From a virus (lineage: Duplodnaviria; Caudoviricetes): DNA of 33,324 bases. Position numbers and translations under genes: made by a program. The notes beneath the pieces are model-generated. The model made no database searches and was not told where the DNA came from. It saw nothing but the letters and a program-made list of their open reading frames with translations. The DNA is taken from positions 1-33,324 of the IMG/VR virus record IMGVR_UViG_3300025646_000181; one strand, given 5' to 3'. Shown in pieces: positions 1 to 9,700 of this stretch (positions within the stretch are counted from its first letter, which is position 1; the number at the start of each line of letters is the position of its first letter).

Positions 1-49
1 ACTTGTTTTGCAAGCGGTCCATGCGCTTTCTAATTTCGTCTAGATTCAT
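1..49 (-). CDS. 5' end of a gene running off the window (MNLDEIRKRMDRLQNK...), possibly a T4 gp32-like ssDNA-binding protein
   Basis: ATG at 49-47, open frame to the window edge, A-rich leader and upstream promoter-like element. Product inferred only from the helical N-terminus and the position next to the polymerase. Confidence 0.4.
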   Translation of the reverse strand, partial: MNLDEIRKRMDRLQNK

Positions 50-66
50 GACCTTTTAATTTTGGG

Positions 67-98
67 TAAATATAATAACCCAGGTCAACGAATCCAAA
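67..98 (-). promoter_or_regulatory. Bacteroidota sigma-A-like promoter (-33 TTTG / -7 TATATTTA)
   Basis: Minus strand reads TTTG (98-95), 20-nt spacer, TATATTTA (74-67); the Bacteroidota consensus is TTTG-N19-21-TAnnTTTG; 17 nt upstream of the ATG at 49. Confidence 0.55.
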
Positions 99-115
99 TT
101 TTACCAGAAGGCTTT

Positions 116-505
116 TTACTCTACTTCAATTATATTTTTTAAACGTGTTCTAACCTTTTTAAACCCACCAGGGCGAGTCAAAAGAAGGCAATTGCGGAAC
201 CGTGTCCAGTCCACTTGGTACGTAGTATCTAAAACCCCTTCGTTTAGATATTTTATCACCTCATTTAAGGCGTTTATTGTATATAGAGTATTAGTTTGTT
301 TTTTTCTGTGAACCAATATAGTGTTTTCTAATTGTAGATCATAAACGGGACCGTCTATGTTATATGTCAACATAACTTTATCGTCGTCTAATGACGCTAA
401 AACAAATATTTTGTTAAACAATATGTCGTGCTCCTCAAGGATTCTGTCTACAACTTCATCGACACTCTCATCTTGGAGAAAAGTGCAGTAAAGTTTGTTG
501 TTCAT
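116..505 (-). CDS. hypothetical phage protein (about 129 aa, MNNKLYCTF...)
   Basis: Track ORF 116..532 starts at TTG; the ATG at 505 with an A-rich leader, 26 nt downstream of the ATATTTAT motif (532-539), is the more likely start. Confidence 0.75.
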   Translation of the reverse strand: MNNKLYCTFLQDESVDEVVDRILEEHDILFNKIFVLASLDDDKVMLTYNIDGPVYDLQLENTILVHRKKQTNTLYTINALNEVIKYLNEGVLDTTYQVDWTRFRNCLLLTRPGGFKKVRTRLKNIIEVE

Positions 506-538
506 TTGTGTATGTATTGTGTTGTTCCACAATAAATA

Positions 539-1864
539 TCAAATGTCCTCTAAAGAAGAGTATGTAACACCACGTTTTATTTTAACGGGAAAATCTGATG
601 AAATCGTTGCTTTTATCGCTTGAAGCGTGTCTTTCCCGTCCTCGATCGCAAAATCTATCAATATTGAGTCATACACATATAGGATAATTTTGCTCTTTTT
701 TCCTTCGAGTATTTTAAATAGGCGAGAAAGCACAGTAAAGTTGTACTCCGTTTCGAATGCTTGTATGTAGTAGTTGAATAGCTTTTGGGGAGTCATGTTT
801 TTGTAGTTGTCTTTTAAAAGCCTGCGCCTCGCTATTACAGTTTTAACGTATCCTTTTGTATTGAATTCGCTCCACAATTCGTCTATAAATTGTTGCGCTT
901 TGTTGAAATATGTGTGTTTGAGGTATTTTTTATTTATACCCCCGTACATTTGTTGAAACGTTAGTTCTTTACTTCGCTTGTACATTTCAGCGTCTATTTC
1001 TTCAGTGTCGAAATACATTTTCGCCATTTGTGTATGTACAGATTCGCTTTTATCTAACTCGTCCCCAGATAGGCGTGCAATGATTCGGGGGTGGTAGCCC
1101 TCGAAATCCATTTCAATAAGCATGTCGTTGTCTGCTTCAAAACCATCTCGTTCTCCTGTATCGTGTTTTAAAGCTGAGAAATTAACGCTATTAAAATTGT
1201 TTGTAGGACGTCCTGTTGTAGTGCAAAAATTATACCATCCGTATATTTTGGAGTCGCGTATGCTAAATTTTTCATTTATATCAAAGTGTTTGTTAAATGT
1301 ATCGTTAATTTTAAATCCTTCACTTACCATCCTTGCTAACGTAGGTGTAAGTATTTCGTTGTACCACTTGTTTGATTCTTCTTCTTTAAAGTTGCTTATA
1401 TACGGGTAAATCGCCTCAAATTCGTTAGTCATCGCCTCGTAGTGCTTTGCAAGGGGAATTATTTTATTCACGTTATTTGCGCCAAATTTGCGCTCATAGA
1501 ACGTGTGTGTTCCAGTTTTGGGCAACGCAGGTAGTGGTTCGTTTTTTAGTAAGTAGTATATGCTTTGTATATCCGTATAAGGGAGTGTGGGGATGTATAG
1601 TAAAGCTTTAGTTTTTTCTTTGACGAATATGTTCGTATAAGATTGTAGGTACTTTAGTGGTAACTCTAACTCAAATCCCTCTGGGTGATCTATGTTGATC
1701 ATGAAGCCCTTCTCCCTACTAAATGAATAAAGATACAAGGCGCAAACCGATTGTAGCTTAGGGTGAATTTCGTCGTTATTCGTAACGAATTGAAGGTAAC
1801 ATTCGTTACCCTCACCTTCGAAGAACCGTTCTAATTGTTCTTGTGTTTCTATGAGGTAGTACAT
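539..1864 (-). CDS. short, divergent family-A DNA polymerase-like protein (441 aa)
   Basis: PolA motifs in order: TTTGRPTN (motif 2), EMDFEGYHPRI (motif A), SVHTQMA, KELTFQQMYG (motif B), FNYYIQ (motif 6), LYVYDSILID (motif C). No 5' nuclease and no clear exonuclease motifs. Confidence 0.85.
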   Translation of the reverse strand: MYYLIETQEQLERFFEGEGNECYLQFVTNNDEIHPKLQSVCALYLYSFSREKGFMINIDHPEGFELELPLKYLQSYTNIFVKEKTKALLYIPTLPYTDIQSIYYLLKNEPLPALPKTGTHTFYERKFGANNVNKIIPLAKHYEAMTNEFEAIYPYISNFKEEESNKWYNEILTPTLARMVSEGFKINDTFNKHFDINEKFSIRDSKIYGWYNFCTTTGRPTNNFNSVNFSALKHDTGERDGFEADNDMLIEMDFEGYHPRIIARLSGDELDKSESVHTQMAKMYFDTEEIDAEMYKRSKELTFQQMYGGINKKYLKHTYFNKAQQFIDELWSEFNTKGYVKTVIARRRLLKDNYKNMTPQKLFNYYIQAFETEYNFTVLSRLFKILEGKKSKIILYVYDSILIDFAIEDGKDTLQAIKATISSDFPVKIKRGVTYSSLEDI

Positions 1865-1868
1865 ACCT

Positions 1869-1876
1869 CAAATATA
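1869..1876 (-). promoter_or_regulatory. Bacteroidota -7 promoter element TATATTTG
   Basis: Exact TAnnTTTG match 4 nt upstream of the polymerase ATG; no good -33 TTTG at the canonical spacing. Confidence 0.45.
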
Positions 1877-1881
1877 CGAAA

Positions 1882-2427
1882 TTATCTTACGAATTCCTCA
1901 GGATTGTTGAAGAAAAATTGAATCCCTGGATATTGCCTTATTAATTTCAAAACGTTATCGTTGTTTAATTTGGGATCCTTTAATGACCACATAATTTCAC
2001 CCCCAAGGTACAATACATTGTCGTATTCTCCGCTTTGAAGTTTTTTATATCCTTCAGAGTCCATTTCAATAATGTTGTCTAAAAGGTTTACTCGCTGGCA
2101 GAAATACCTTTTCCATTCTCCTTTTTCGTAATCTTTTTCTGTTGGGCGAGGTTTAGAGGCAACTGGTTTAAAGCGTTTTTTAATTCGCTGGTAATGTTTT
2201 GGGTTAAGTTGATTGTAAAGAAAGTTACGTGTGTTTTGTAATACGATGTTTTCTTCTTTATCTATTTTTCTTAACGGTACTTTTAAGTTTAAAATAGTGT
2301 TTCCAGCAAAATATCTTTGGCCGTATTGAATATATTCTCCTCTATATTCTTGGCCAGTGACAGGATCATATAATTCACCCCCATTGGTGTGTTGAACTGT
2401 ATATTGGGATTTAGGAATGTAGGGCAT
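1882..2427 (-). CDS. hypothetical protein (181 aa), last gene of the baseplate cluster
   Basis: Intact ORF starting 1 nt after the stop of the hub/lysozyme gene; no recognisable motif. Confidence 0.75.
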   Translation of the reverse strand: MPYIPKSQYTVQHTNGGELYDPVTGQEYRGEYIQYGQRYFAGNTILNLKVPLRKIDKEENIVLQNTRNFLYNQLNPKHYQRIKKRFKPVASKPRPTEKDYEKGEWKRYFCQRVNLLDNIIEMDSEGYKKLQSGEYDNVLYLGGEIMWSLKDPKLNNDNVLKLIRQYPGIQFFFNNPEEFVR

Positions 2428-2428
2428 T

Positions 2429-5400
2429 TTACGTTACGTTTCCTGGGTTATTTGTTAAATATAAATTACGTTCTGCTGTTCTTCTTGCTACTAGACCTGC
2501 TAATTCATTTCCACCTGCCTTGGTCCATCTTGGGAATTCATTTGCAGCACCTTCATAATCTCGTGCATTTAATTTTTTTCTTAGGGTTGAACTTTGTAGG
2601 TTACCTGAACCAACATTGTAAACCCAGCTTGATAGGGAATCAAATTCGAATTGGGTTAAGGGAACATCAATATATCTTCTGATGGCCTTTTCAGCTACCT
2701 GTTTTACGTGGTGGGCTAATTCTTCAGTAGCTTGGAATTCAGTGATGGTATCACCCATTCTAACTTTTCTTCCATCAGCATACCTAGTAGTACCATACCC
2801 AATAGTGATAGGTTCTCCACCAGTACCTGGATCAACATAAGCGTTTGTTCTAAATCCTTCAAACTGTTTGATTAGGTTTATTCCTGTCTCGCTTGTTGTA
2901 AGTTGATCGACTGGTAATCTTTCAGAAGGATTAAGCGTAGGTGGTATTTCAAATGTTCGAACTATGGTTTGAGTAGGATCACCTGGCGTAACTACTTCTG
3001 TATTGTCAACTAAAGTAGGTTCACTGAGAATTTCAGGGAACGGAGCAGGTTTTTCAGCTGGTTTAGGCGTAACTACAGGCGCAACGTCTTTACCTTGGTT
3101 ATCTGTTGGTAATATAATCATTTTACCTCCAATTTTGGTAACCCAATCTTGACCCGAAGTTATACTTTGTTCTTCTTTAAATACAATAAATCCAACTTTA
3201 TCTCTATATGCTTTTGGCAAACGATCGCCTCTAATTTTAAATACGGAACCAATAAGAATATTTGATATACCGTCAAGTGTCATTGTGAATTCTAAGGGAA
3301 TAACTGCGCTCGCTCCTAAATTTGCATTTTTTAACTGTTCTAATTGTAGGGTAGCAGTTTGTAATTCTTTTAAAGACGATTTAAGGTCAGATACAGTATC
3401 GTTTGAATCTTCTATTGAATCATTTTCATCCGCACTTACAATTTCAAAATAAAGTGGAGTTAATTTGTTGAATTTTTCAGCCGCAAGTAAGTAACGTTTT
3501 TTAGCTTTACCTTCGGGGGTTCTAGATTCTTCATATGATATTCCTAGTCTTCTATCTTCTTTAGCGGCGGGAGAATTAGAATACGCTTCCCTTTCACGTG
3601 CAGCTTGAGCACGTTCGCGATCTATTTGTTCTTGGGTTTTAACGGTAGGCGCGAAAAATATTCGGTTTTTAATATTTCTATTAAACGCTTGAAATGTTAA
3701 ATCGTCTAAATCTTCTGTTGTATCTGGATTTTGAGCGTGTACTGCCACTGTTGATTTTAATGCGTCTGGGATAGTTGCTTGTATGTCGTATTCTCTTACA
3801 GCGCTGTTTGACGACTGTACTTCAACAGTAAATAATTTGTCTTTAATTTCTTTTAATTGGTTGTTATCAACAGGTAAATCCATAACATACGCAGTGTTAG
3901 GGAATTCATTGTCGATTTTAAAAATAAAGTTGTGTAAAGGACAAGCAGCATTTACGTCGTCCCATATAGCTTTAAAGAAATCACCAAAATCTACTTCTGA
4001 TTGATCTTTGTTTTTAATACTTGAATCGTATGCTTTTAAAAGCATTTTGGTGTTTAAATAAATACCACCAATGTAGTATTTAGCTTCTTCTTCAAGATTT
4101 AATTCTGTTGCAGAAAAACCAAATCCAGCAAAATCAACGTCTTTATCTACTAATGCTACAACGGCATTACTTAATCTACCAAAGAGCCACTCAAAACCAT
4201 CACCAATACCTTCTATTACTTTTCCTAATCTTCCTTGGTCAGGATCTATAGTTTCTTGTAATCTAGTATCAAAAAATGAGTGAGGTAAAATACAAACCTT
4301 AGGATCGCAACTTAAATCAATAAGATCATCTTTATTACCCCCTGTAATTTTTACGTATTTGATTAATTCGGGTATTGGTTTGTCTTGGTTGTTGGGGTTA
4401 TTTCTTAAAAAGTGCTGTATTATTTTAACAGGTGGTTCTGTATCGTCACTAGGGCGTGCGAATACTAATTCGTTAAAAAGGAATGCTAGTAAATCCCACC
4501 TAACATATCCAGTGTTTAATCGGACTCTAAAGCCTCCAGAACTTGTAGTTTGGTTTGTTTTTAGAACATATTGTTCTAAGGCTTGCATCTTTTCATCGCT
4601 GCTAGTATAAGCTTGGAGTGGTTCAAATTTATCTATAATAATGTTTACTATGGCATCTGCTAATTCTCCAGATTCATTGTTAAACCAATTTTCCCAAATT
4701 TGAGGGGCCCACGGTATTTCACCACCAGCAGTATCTACAGTGCCAGTAAATTTAGCTAAACCAAGGAGTATAGCTCTTAGTATATCTGGGTTTTTGATTT
4801 CTTCGTCTTCGTCTTCTTTATGAAGTTTAAAAGTAAATTCTTTACCCGGGAATAATTTTGAAAGTATGTGTGAACTACTGCCTATTTTAAGTGAGTCAAT
4901 AACTTCACCCATAGACACAATTTCTGAATAGCAATCGAATCCTCCATCAGGACGCGCTTGGAAACCAAAATTAGTTACGAATCCAAGAAATCCGTCGTAA
5001 TTACCTTCAGATTCTTTTTTTAGTTTTATTATTTCAGAATATAGTTGTTCTTGGTTAACTTTTTCTGCGAATACAGTGTCTGAACTAACTTTATGGCTTC
5101 TATGTATTACACCGTCTACACTGTGTACATAAGGTGACCATTGCCATTCTACCAACACAGGGTATCCTGGTCGCATATAAAGCAATTCCATAATCTCTAG
5201 TTGTCTGAGATTGTGAACTACAAAACTTAATTTTGCTTGGCGTAAAGAACCATACGCACTTTTAGTTGCAATGTCTAAGCTAGTAATACCAGGCATTGGT
5301 ACCTGTCCGAACCCCTCAGGACCACTGTTGGATCCTAATAATGGGTCTCCGTATGCTGAACTCTCTTGACCAAAATGGGCTCTGCGAATTTGTCCTTTGT

Positions 5401-5662
5401 TTAGTATACCTCCTTGAAGTATGAATCGTTTTGCTAATTGATTTCCTCCTATTGTATTAAAATCACCTATACCTAAACCACCGTCTACTTCCTTAGTATA
5501 ATCAACTAACGAGGTTGCTCTAATAACACACTGTTTAGACTGGTTCCAAACAAGAGCTTCGTTGCTTTTTTTTCCTCCATTGAGGCCAGTAGCTTGAAGT
5601 TCTTGTCTTTTATTTAATTGACTTTGGATCCATTTAGGAAACGACTGTTTAAAAATACTCAT
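2429..5662 (-). CDS. baseplate hub-like virion protein with C-terminal GH24 lysozyme domain (1077 aa)
   Basis: C-terminal about 155 aa: LIKQFEGFRTNAYVD...PITIGYG, LTQFEFDSLSSWVYNVG, EFPRW...LAGLVARRTAE, typical of GH24 phage muramidase with E/D/T catalytic residues; Pro/Thr-rich linker before it; hub assignment of the N-terminal part rests on position after the tape measure and LysM-like genes. Confidence 0.75.
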   Translation of the reverse strand: MSIFKQSFPKWIQSQLNKRQELQATGLNGGKKSNEALVWNQSKQCVIRATSLVDYTKEVDGGLGIGDFNTIGGNQLAKRFILQGGILNKGQIRRAHFGQESSAYGDPLLGSNSGPEGFGQVPMPGITSLDIATKSAYGSLRQAKLSFVVHNLRQLEIMELLYMRPGYPVLVEWQWSPYVHSVDGVIHRSHKVSSDTVFAEKVNQEQLYSEIIKLKKESEGNYDGFLGFVTNFGFQARPDGGFDCYSEIVSMGEVIDSLKIGSSSHILSKLFPGKEFTFKLHKEDEDEEIKNPDILRAILLGLAKFTGTVDTAGGEIPWAPQIWENWFNNESGELADAIVNIIIDKFEPLQAYTSSDEKMQALEQYVLKTNQTTSSGGFRVRLNTGYVRWDLLAFLFNELVFARPSDDTEPPVKIIQHFLRNNPNNQDKPIPELIKYVKITGGNKDDLIDLSCDPKVCILPHSFFDTRLQETIDPDQGRLGKVIEGIGDGFEWLFGRLSNAVVALVDKDVDFAGFGFSATELNLEEEAKYYIGGIYLNTKMLLKAYDSSIKNKDQSEVDFGDFFKAIWDDVNAACPLHNFIFKIDNEFPNTAYVMDLPVDNNQLKEIKDKLFTVEVQSSNSAVREYDIQATIPDALKSTVAVHAQNPDTTEDLDDLTFQAFNRNIKNRIFFAPTVKTQEQIDRERAQAAREREAYSNSPAAKEDRRLGISYEESRTPEGKAKKRYLLAAEKFNKLTPLYFEIVSADENDSIEDSNDTVSDLKSSLKELQTATLQLEQLKNANLGASAVIPLEFTMTLDGISNILIGSVFKIRGDRLPKAYRDKVGFIVFKEEQSITSGQDWVTKIGGKMIILPTDNQGKDVAPVVTPKPAEKPAPFPEILSEPTLVDNTEVVTPGDPTQTIVRTFEIPPTLNPSERLPVDQLTTSETGINLIKQFEGFRTNAYVDPGTGGEPITIGYGTTRYADGRKVRMGDTITEFQATEELAHHVKQVAEKAIRRYIDVPLTQFEFDSLSSWVYNVGSGNLQSSTLRKKLNARDYEGAANEFPRWTKAGGNELAGLVARRTAERNLYLTNNPGNVT

Positions 5663-5967
5663 CTAGCTCTATTTATTCTTTCAAATTCGTCTATAATAGG
5701 GTTAGGATCTAAAGGTATTCTAATTTGTAAACCCGCAGGACAAACATAAGTATCGCGCCTTAGTTTTCCCGGGTTAGCAGTTGTAATAATCCACCATAAA
5801 GATGTATCGTTATAGAATTGGTACGCTAAAATATCTACACGGTCACCGTATTCTGTTTCAACGTAAATATCGTCTAAAGTTTCAGGGATTTCAGGATAAA
5901 TAACGCTTCTTATATAGCGTTTACCGTCTGAGTCTTTTTTAAGTCGTATATTGCTGTAACGATTCAT
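5659..5967 (-). CDS. LysM-like baseplate protein (P2 gpX / T4 gp53-like, 102 aa)
   Basis: GDRVDILAYQFYNDTSLWWIITTANP...PAGLQIRIP pattern; canonical position; ATGA overlaps on both sides. Confidence 0.75.
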   Translation of the reverse strand: MNRYSNIRLKKDSDGKRYIRSVIYPEIPETLDDIYVETEYGDRVDILAYQFYNDTSLWWIITTANPGKLRRDTYVCPAGLQIRIPLDPNPIIDEFERINRAR

Positions 5968-6770
5968 GATCCAAATGTTCCTAACGATGATAATAAGTTC
6001 GAAGTAGAATCAGAAATAAGCCAGTTTTGGGCAGTGTCTATACCTCCTCTGTGAGGTAAAATAAAGGGTGAATCTTTGCTGTTTTCAGGGGCAAAATCGT
6101 GGATGGGCTTAAACGAACAATCTACGTCTAAGTTTTGTGGTAGTTGGTTCATTCGAATACCGTCTGAACCAAGTTGTTCTTCTGAGTCAATTTCCCAAGA
6201 ATATGCCCCTTTCCAATTTAAGTTTATACTTTCAAAAAATCCAGGCACTTCGTTTATCCAATCGCCAATGGTTAATCTATTGTATTTAGCTCGCATTCTA
6301 CCATTTTTATATTGTGGGGCAGTTTGAGCAACTAAATAATTTAGTTTTTGGTATAATGGTTTCATTTCTTGCCTTGATTGGGCTTGGATTCTAAATTTAA
6401 ATGAAATAGAGCGATCAAATTCATTATAAGTGTAGAAATTTTCTGCTCTACCATTGTATTTGTAACTATTGTACCCTGCTTTATAACTGTCACTTATATC
6501 GTCCAAATATGCTCTAAATACTAACATTTCGGCATTGAGGGGATTTTCAGGATCAATAACTTTGATGTTAAATTTAATCATATCCCTTGGTATATCCGCA
6601 GGGATAGGACCATCTGTAGTAACATCAGTTATAGGGGCCAAGTTTCGAGCGTCTTGGTAACCTCTGTTTTCGATACTATAGTCAATTTCTTCTTGTGAAG
6701 TAAATCGTTTAGGGCTACCTGGGTTACCTCGGCCCATATCTGTTGTTATATCTGGTCTACGTGATGCCAT
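5964..6770 (-). CDS. putative tail tube initiator / baseplate protein (268 aa)
   Basis: Directly follows the tape measure gene (TAATG overlap); Y.GR.E.FY.Y..F.R.ISF.F and later beta-rich pattern typical of tube-fold baseplate proteins. Confidence 0.55.
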   Translation of the reverse strand: MASRRPDITTDMGRGNPGSPKRFTSQEEIDYSIENRGYQDARNLAPITDVTTDGPIPADIPRDMIKFNIKVIDPENPLNAEMLVFRAYLDDISDSYKAGYNSYKYNGRAENFYTYNEFDRSISFKFRIQAQSRQEMKPLYQKLNYLVAQTAPQYKNGRMRAKYNRLTIGDWINEVPGFFESINLNWKGAYSWEIDSEEQLGSDGIRMNQLPQNLDVDCSFKPIHDFAPENSKDSPFILPHRGGIDTAQNWLISDSTSNLLSSLGTFGS

Positions 6771-9700
6771 TATGCAAAGTTATTGTTTACTATATTTCGG
6801 TTGCGAGATGGACCTTCGCTTTGTCTAGAGTTATTAAAGTTATCGTTAGTAACTTGTATCTTGCCTTGACCTTCTTTCAATGCTGCTACCATGTCAGGGA
6901 CAAGAGCGTTAATAGTTGCTGTAACTGTTTCTTCAACAATTGCTCTAACTTCTTCTCCTGTAATGCCACCAGCGTTTGCTGCTGTAGTAGTTCCTTCAGT
7001 AAGAGAAGTTGTTCCTGGTGATTGGGGAGAAGGGGTTGGTGCGGCTGATGTTACCGTAGTAGATGTTATGTTTATGTTTTCTCCTAAATCTGCTATTTGT
7101 TCTAATTTAGAAACATCTAAACCCGCTGTGGATGTTATGTTTATGTTTTCTCCTAAATCTGCTATTTGTTCTAATTTAGAAACATCTAAACCTGCTAAAG
7201 AAGTACTTATTAAAGCTATACTTCCAGCAATACCTGCTAGTGATTTATTAGTTATGTCAAACTTAGGGGCCATTTCAGCTAATGGTTCTAAAGCATTGGT
7301 TAAAACTTTTAAAGAAATAGCTGCAAGAACTGCGGTTCCAATCGAAAGTGCTAAAGCACCAATACCAAAGGCTAATGTAGGTAATGTCATTGCTAATCCA
7401 AATAAATTAGCTACATTTATTTCTCCTAAACTAGATAATACATGTGCAAATTGTTCAGCCGCAGGAGCAGCTACATTCATTGCAACTGCTAAAGGTAATA
7501 AAGCTAATCCTAAAGCACCAATAGCTACTGAACCTGTTATTATTAATGGGGCTACTATCCCAAAACCAGCTGCTGCTAATCCTAAAACACCTAAAGCAGC
7601 AGCAAATCCTAACATCATAGAAGTATCTATACCCTTTAATAAACTAAAGGCTGCTGCTGTAGCTGCTATAGGAATAGCTAAGGTTGTTAATGCTAATGCA
7701 CCCATAGCAACTACAGGTAACATACTTCCTAAAATAGCGGCTGCTGTTCCTAAAATTCCTAAAGAAACACTAAACGCTATCATAGCGCCAGGATCAACTC
7801 CCTCTAATAATTGGAATGCAGCTGCGGCGGCTGCTATTGGTAAAGCTAAAGTTGTTAATGCTATAGAACCTTTTATAATACCAACCATGTTTTTACCTAG
7901 AGCATTCATACCAACAGATATACCTTTTAAACCAGCGGCTATACCAGTTCCTACAACTCCTATTAATGCTAATCCAGGAGCAGCTAAACCAAGTGCTAAT
8001 AATCCAGGGGTAGCGACTAATAATGCTAATGCCCCTTTAGTAGTACCTTCAAATGCTTTAATTCCATTAGCTATACCTTCCATACCTGTTTGGATAGCTT
8101 TACCGTTAATTTTTTCAGTGATTTTTAAAGGTAACGACGCTAAACCAAGCGCTACTAAACCAGGTGCAGCAACTATCATAGATAAAGCACCTTTAATTAC
8201 ATCTTTATCAGCAAAGGCTTTAATACCTTCGGCAATATTTTGCATTTTTTCTTTTAAAGTTTTACCATTATCTGCGGGCGCAGGGGTAGCACCTGCAGAA
8301 CCAGCAGCGTCAGTAGCACCAGCAGCACCAGCAGCAGCTCCTTTAGGGGCAGCAGTAGCTGCGGCACCTGCAGAACCAGCAGCGTCAGTAGCACCAGCTG
8401 CGGCAGCAGCTGTTGGACCTGTACCTGGTTTAAATACTCCAGCTTTATTGGCGGCTTCTTCGCTTACAAAGCGTCCTGAAACCATATCACGGAATCCACC
8501 TTTTTTACCTATTCTTTCGTCAAATTGAATCCCTTTGGCTTTATCAGCGGCTCCCCCAAAAGTATCCATTAGTTTATCTCTAAGTCCTTTTAATGGTTCA
8601 GATAATCCTTTAAATCTTTCTTGTATACCACTAAAGAAACCAGTATAAGTTTTAGAATCAAAAGCACTTACTATTCTTTCTCTTAACCCACCAAATGAAA
8701 TTCCTTTAATTTTATCAAGTAGCCCCCCAAATCCCCCACTAAGCATTTTAACTGCAACAACTACACCTAATATTTTACTAGCCCAGCCTTTTGTCCATTC
8801 GTTAAGCTTGGCTATTCCCTGCCCTATCATAGCAATAGGTTGAAGTACAAATGCAAGGGCATCAATAATAGGAGTAACTACTGTTAAGAGATTGGCAAAT
8901 ATGTCTTTTAATTTTGCCATAGCTTCATTCATTTTTTGGCTAGCATCCATAGCTTTAAATTGCTCGTATGCTTGTTCACCAAATTTGGCTCTAACTTCTT
9001 CAGCAGCCATGCCTTGGGTTTGTTGTTTTAGTAACATTTCTGCCATAGCATCGCGACTCATACCCATTGCTTCAGCCATAGCTTCTTGTTGAAGAACATT
9101 CATTTTTCCAAACGAAGCTAAATCAACATTTTGTTTCTTGAGTTCTTCACCCAAGGTTTTCATATCGTTATTAAGTGCCGCTGCTCTTGCTTTTTCAAGA
9201 TTAAGTTGTTTTCCTGTTAGCAATTCTGCTTTTAATTCTGCTTCTATGCTTGATTCAAAACTTAATAGACTTTTTTGAGTAGCTTCTATATCTTTTAAGG
9301 TAGCACCTAATTCTCTAGCGGCAACTGCAGCTTTAGCAAGTGCACCTGGATTAGCAGCGAATGATGCCTGTAATCCTTTTGATGATTTAGCGACATCACC
9401 TAATATATCTTTAACGTTTGCTGTGGTTTTACTTGTAGCTAAGGCGGCATTTGCAGTTCCTACTAAGTTAGACATAGTAGTTTCTGTATCTTTACCTTGA
9501 AGTCTTAACAACATTGTAAGGTTACCTGCTTCATTTGCAGCTAACCCCATTCGTTCTGTTAAGTTGGTAAATGTTTCGGCTGATTTAGAGCTAAGATCAA
9601 AAAATACACCTGTATTTTGTGCTAAAGCAAATACGGATTTTTGTAATCGTTCACTGTTAATAAACAAATCACCACTTGCGTCCGCAGCATTTGCTATTTC

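Noticed and set aside
506-532. TTG start giving the 138-aa version
   Set aside because: The TTG overlaps the putative promoter motif; the ATG at 505 has a typical A-rich leader.
6891-8528. 545-aa plus-strand ORF
   Set aside because: Antisense shadow of the Ala/Gly-rich tape measure frame; low complexity mirror sequence, no recognisable motifs or expression signals.
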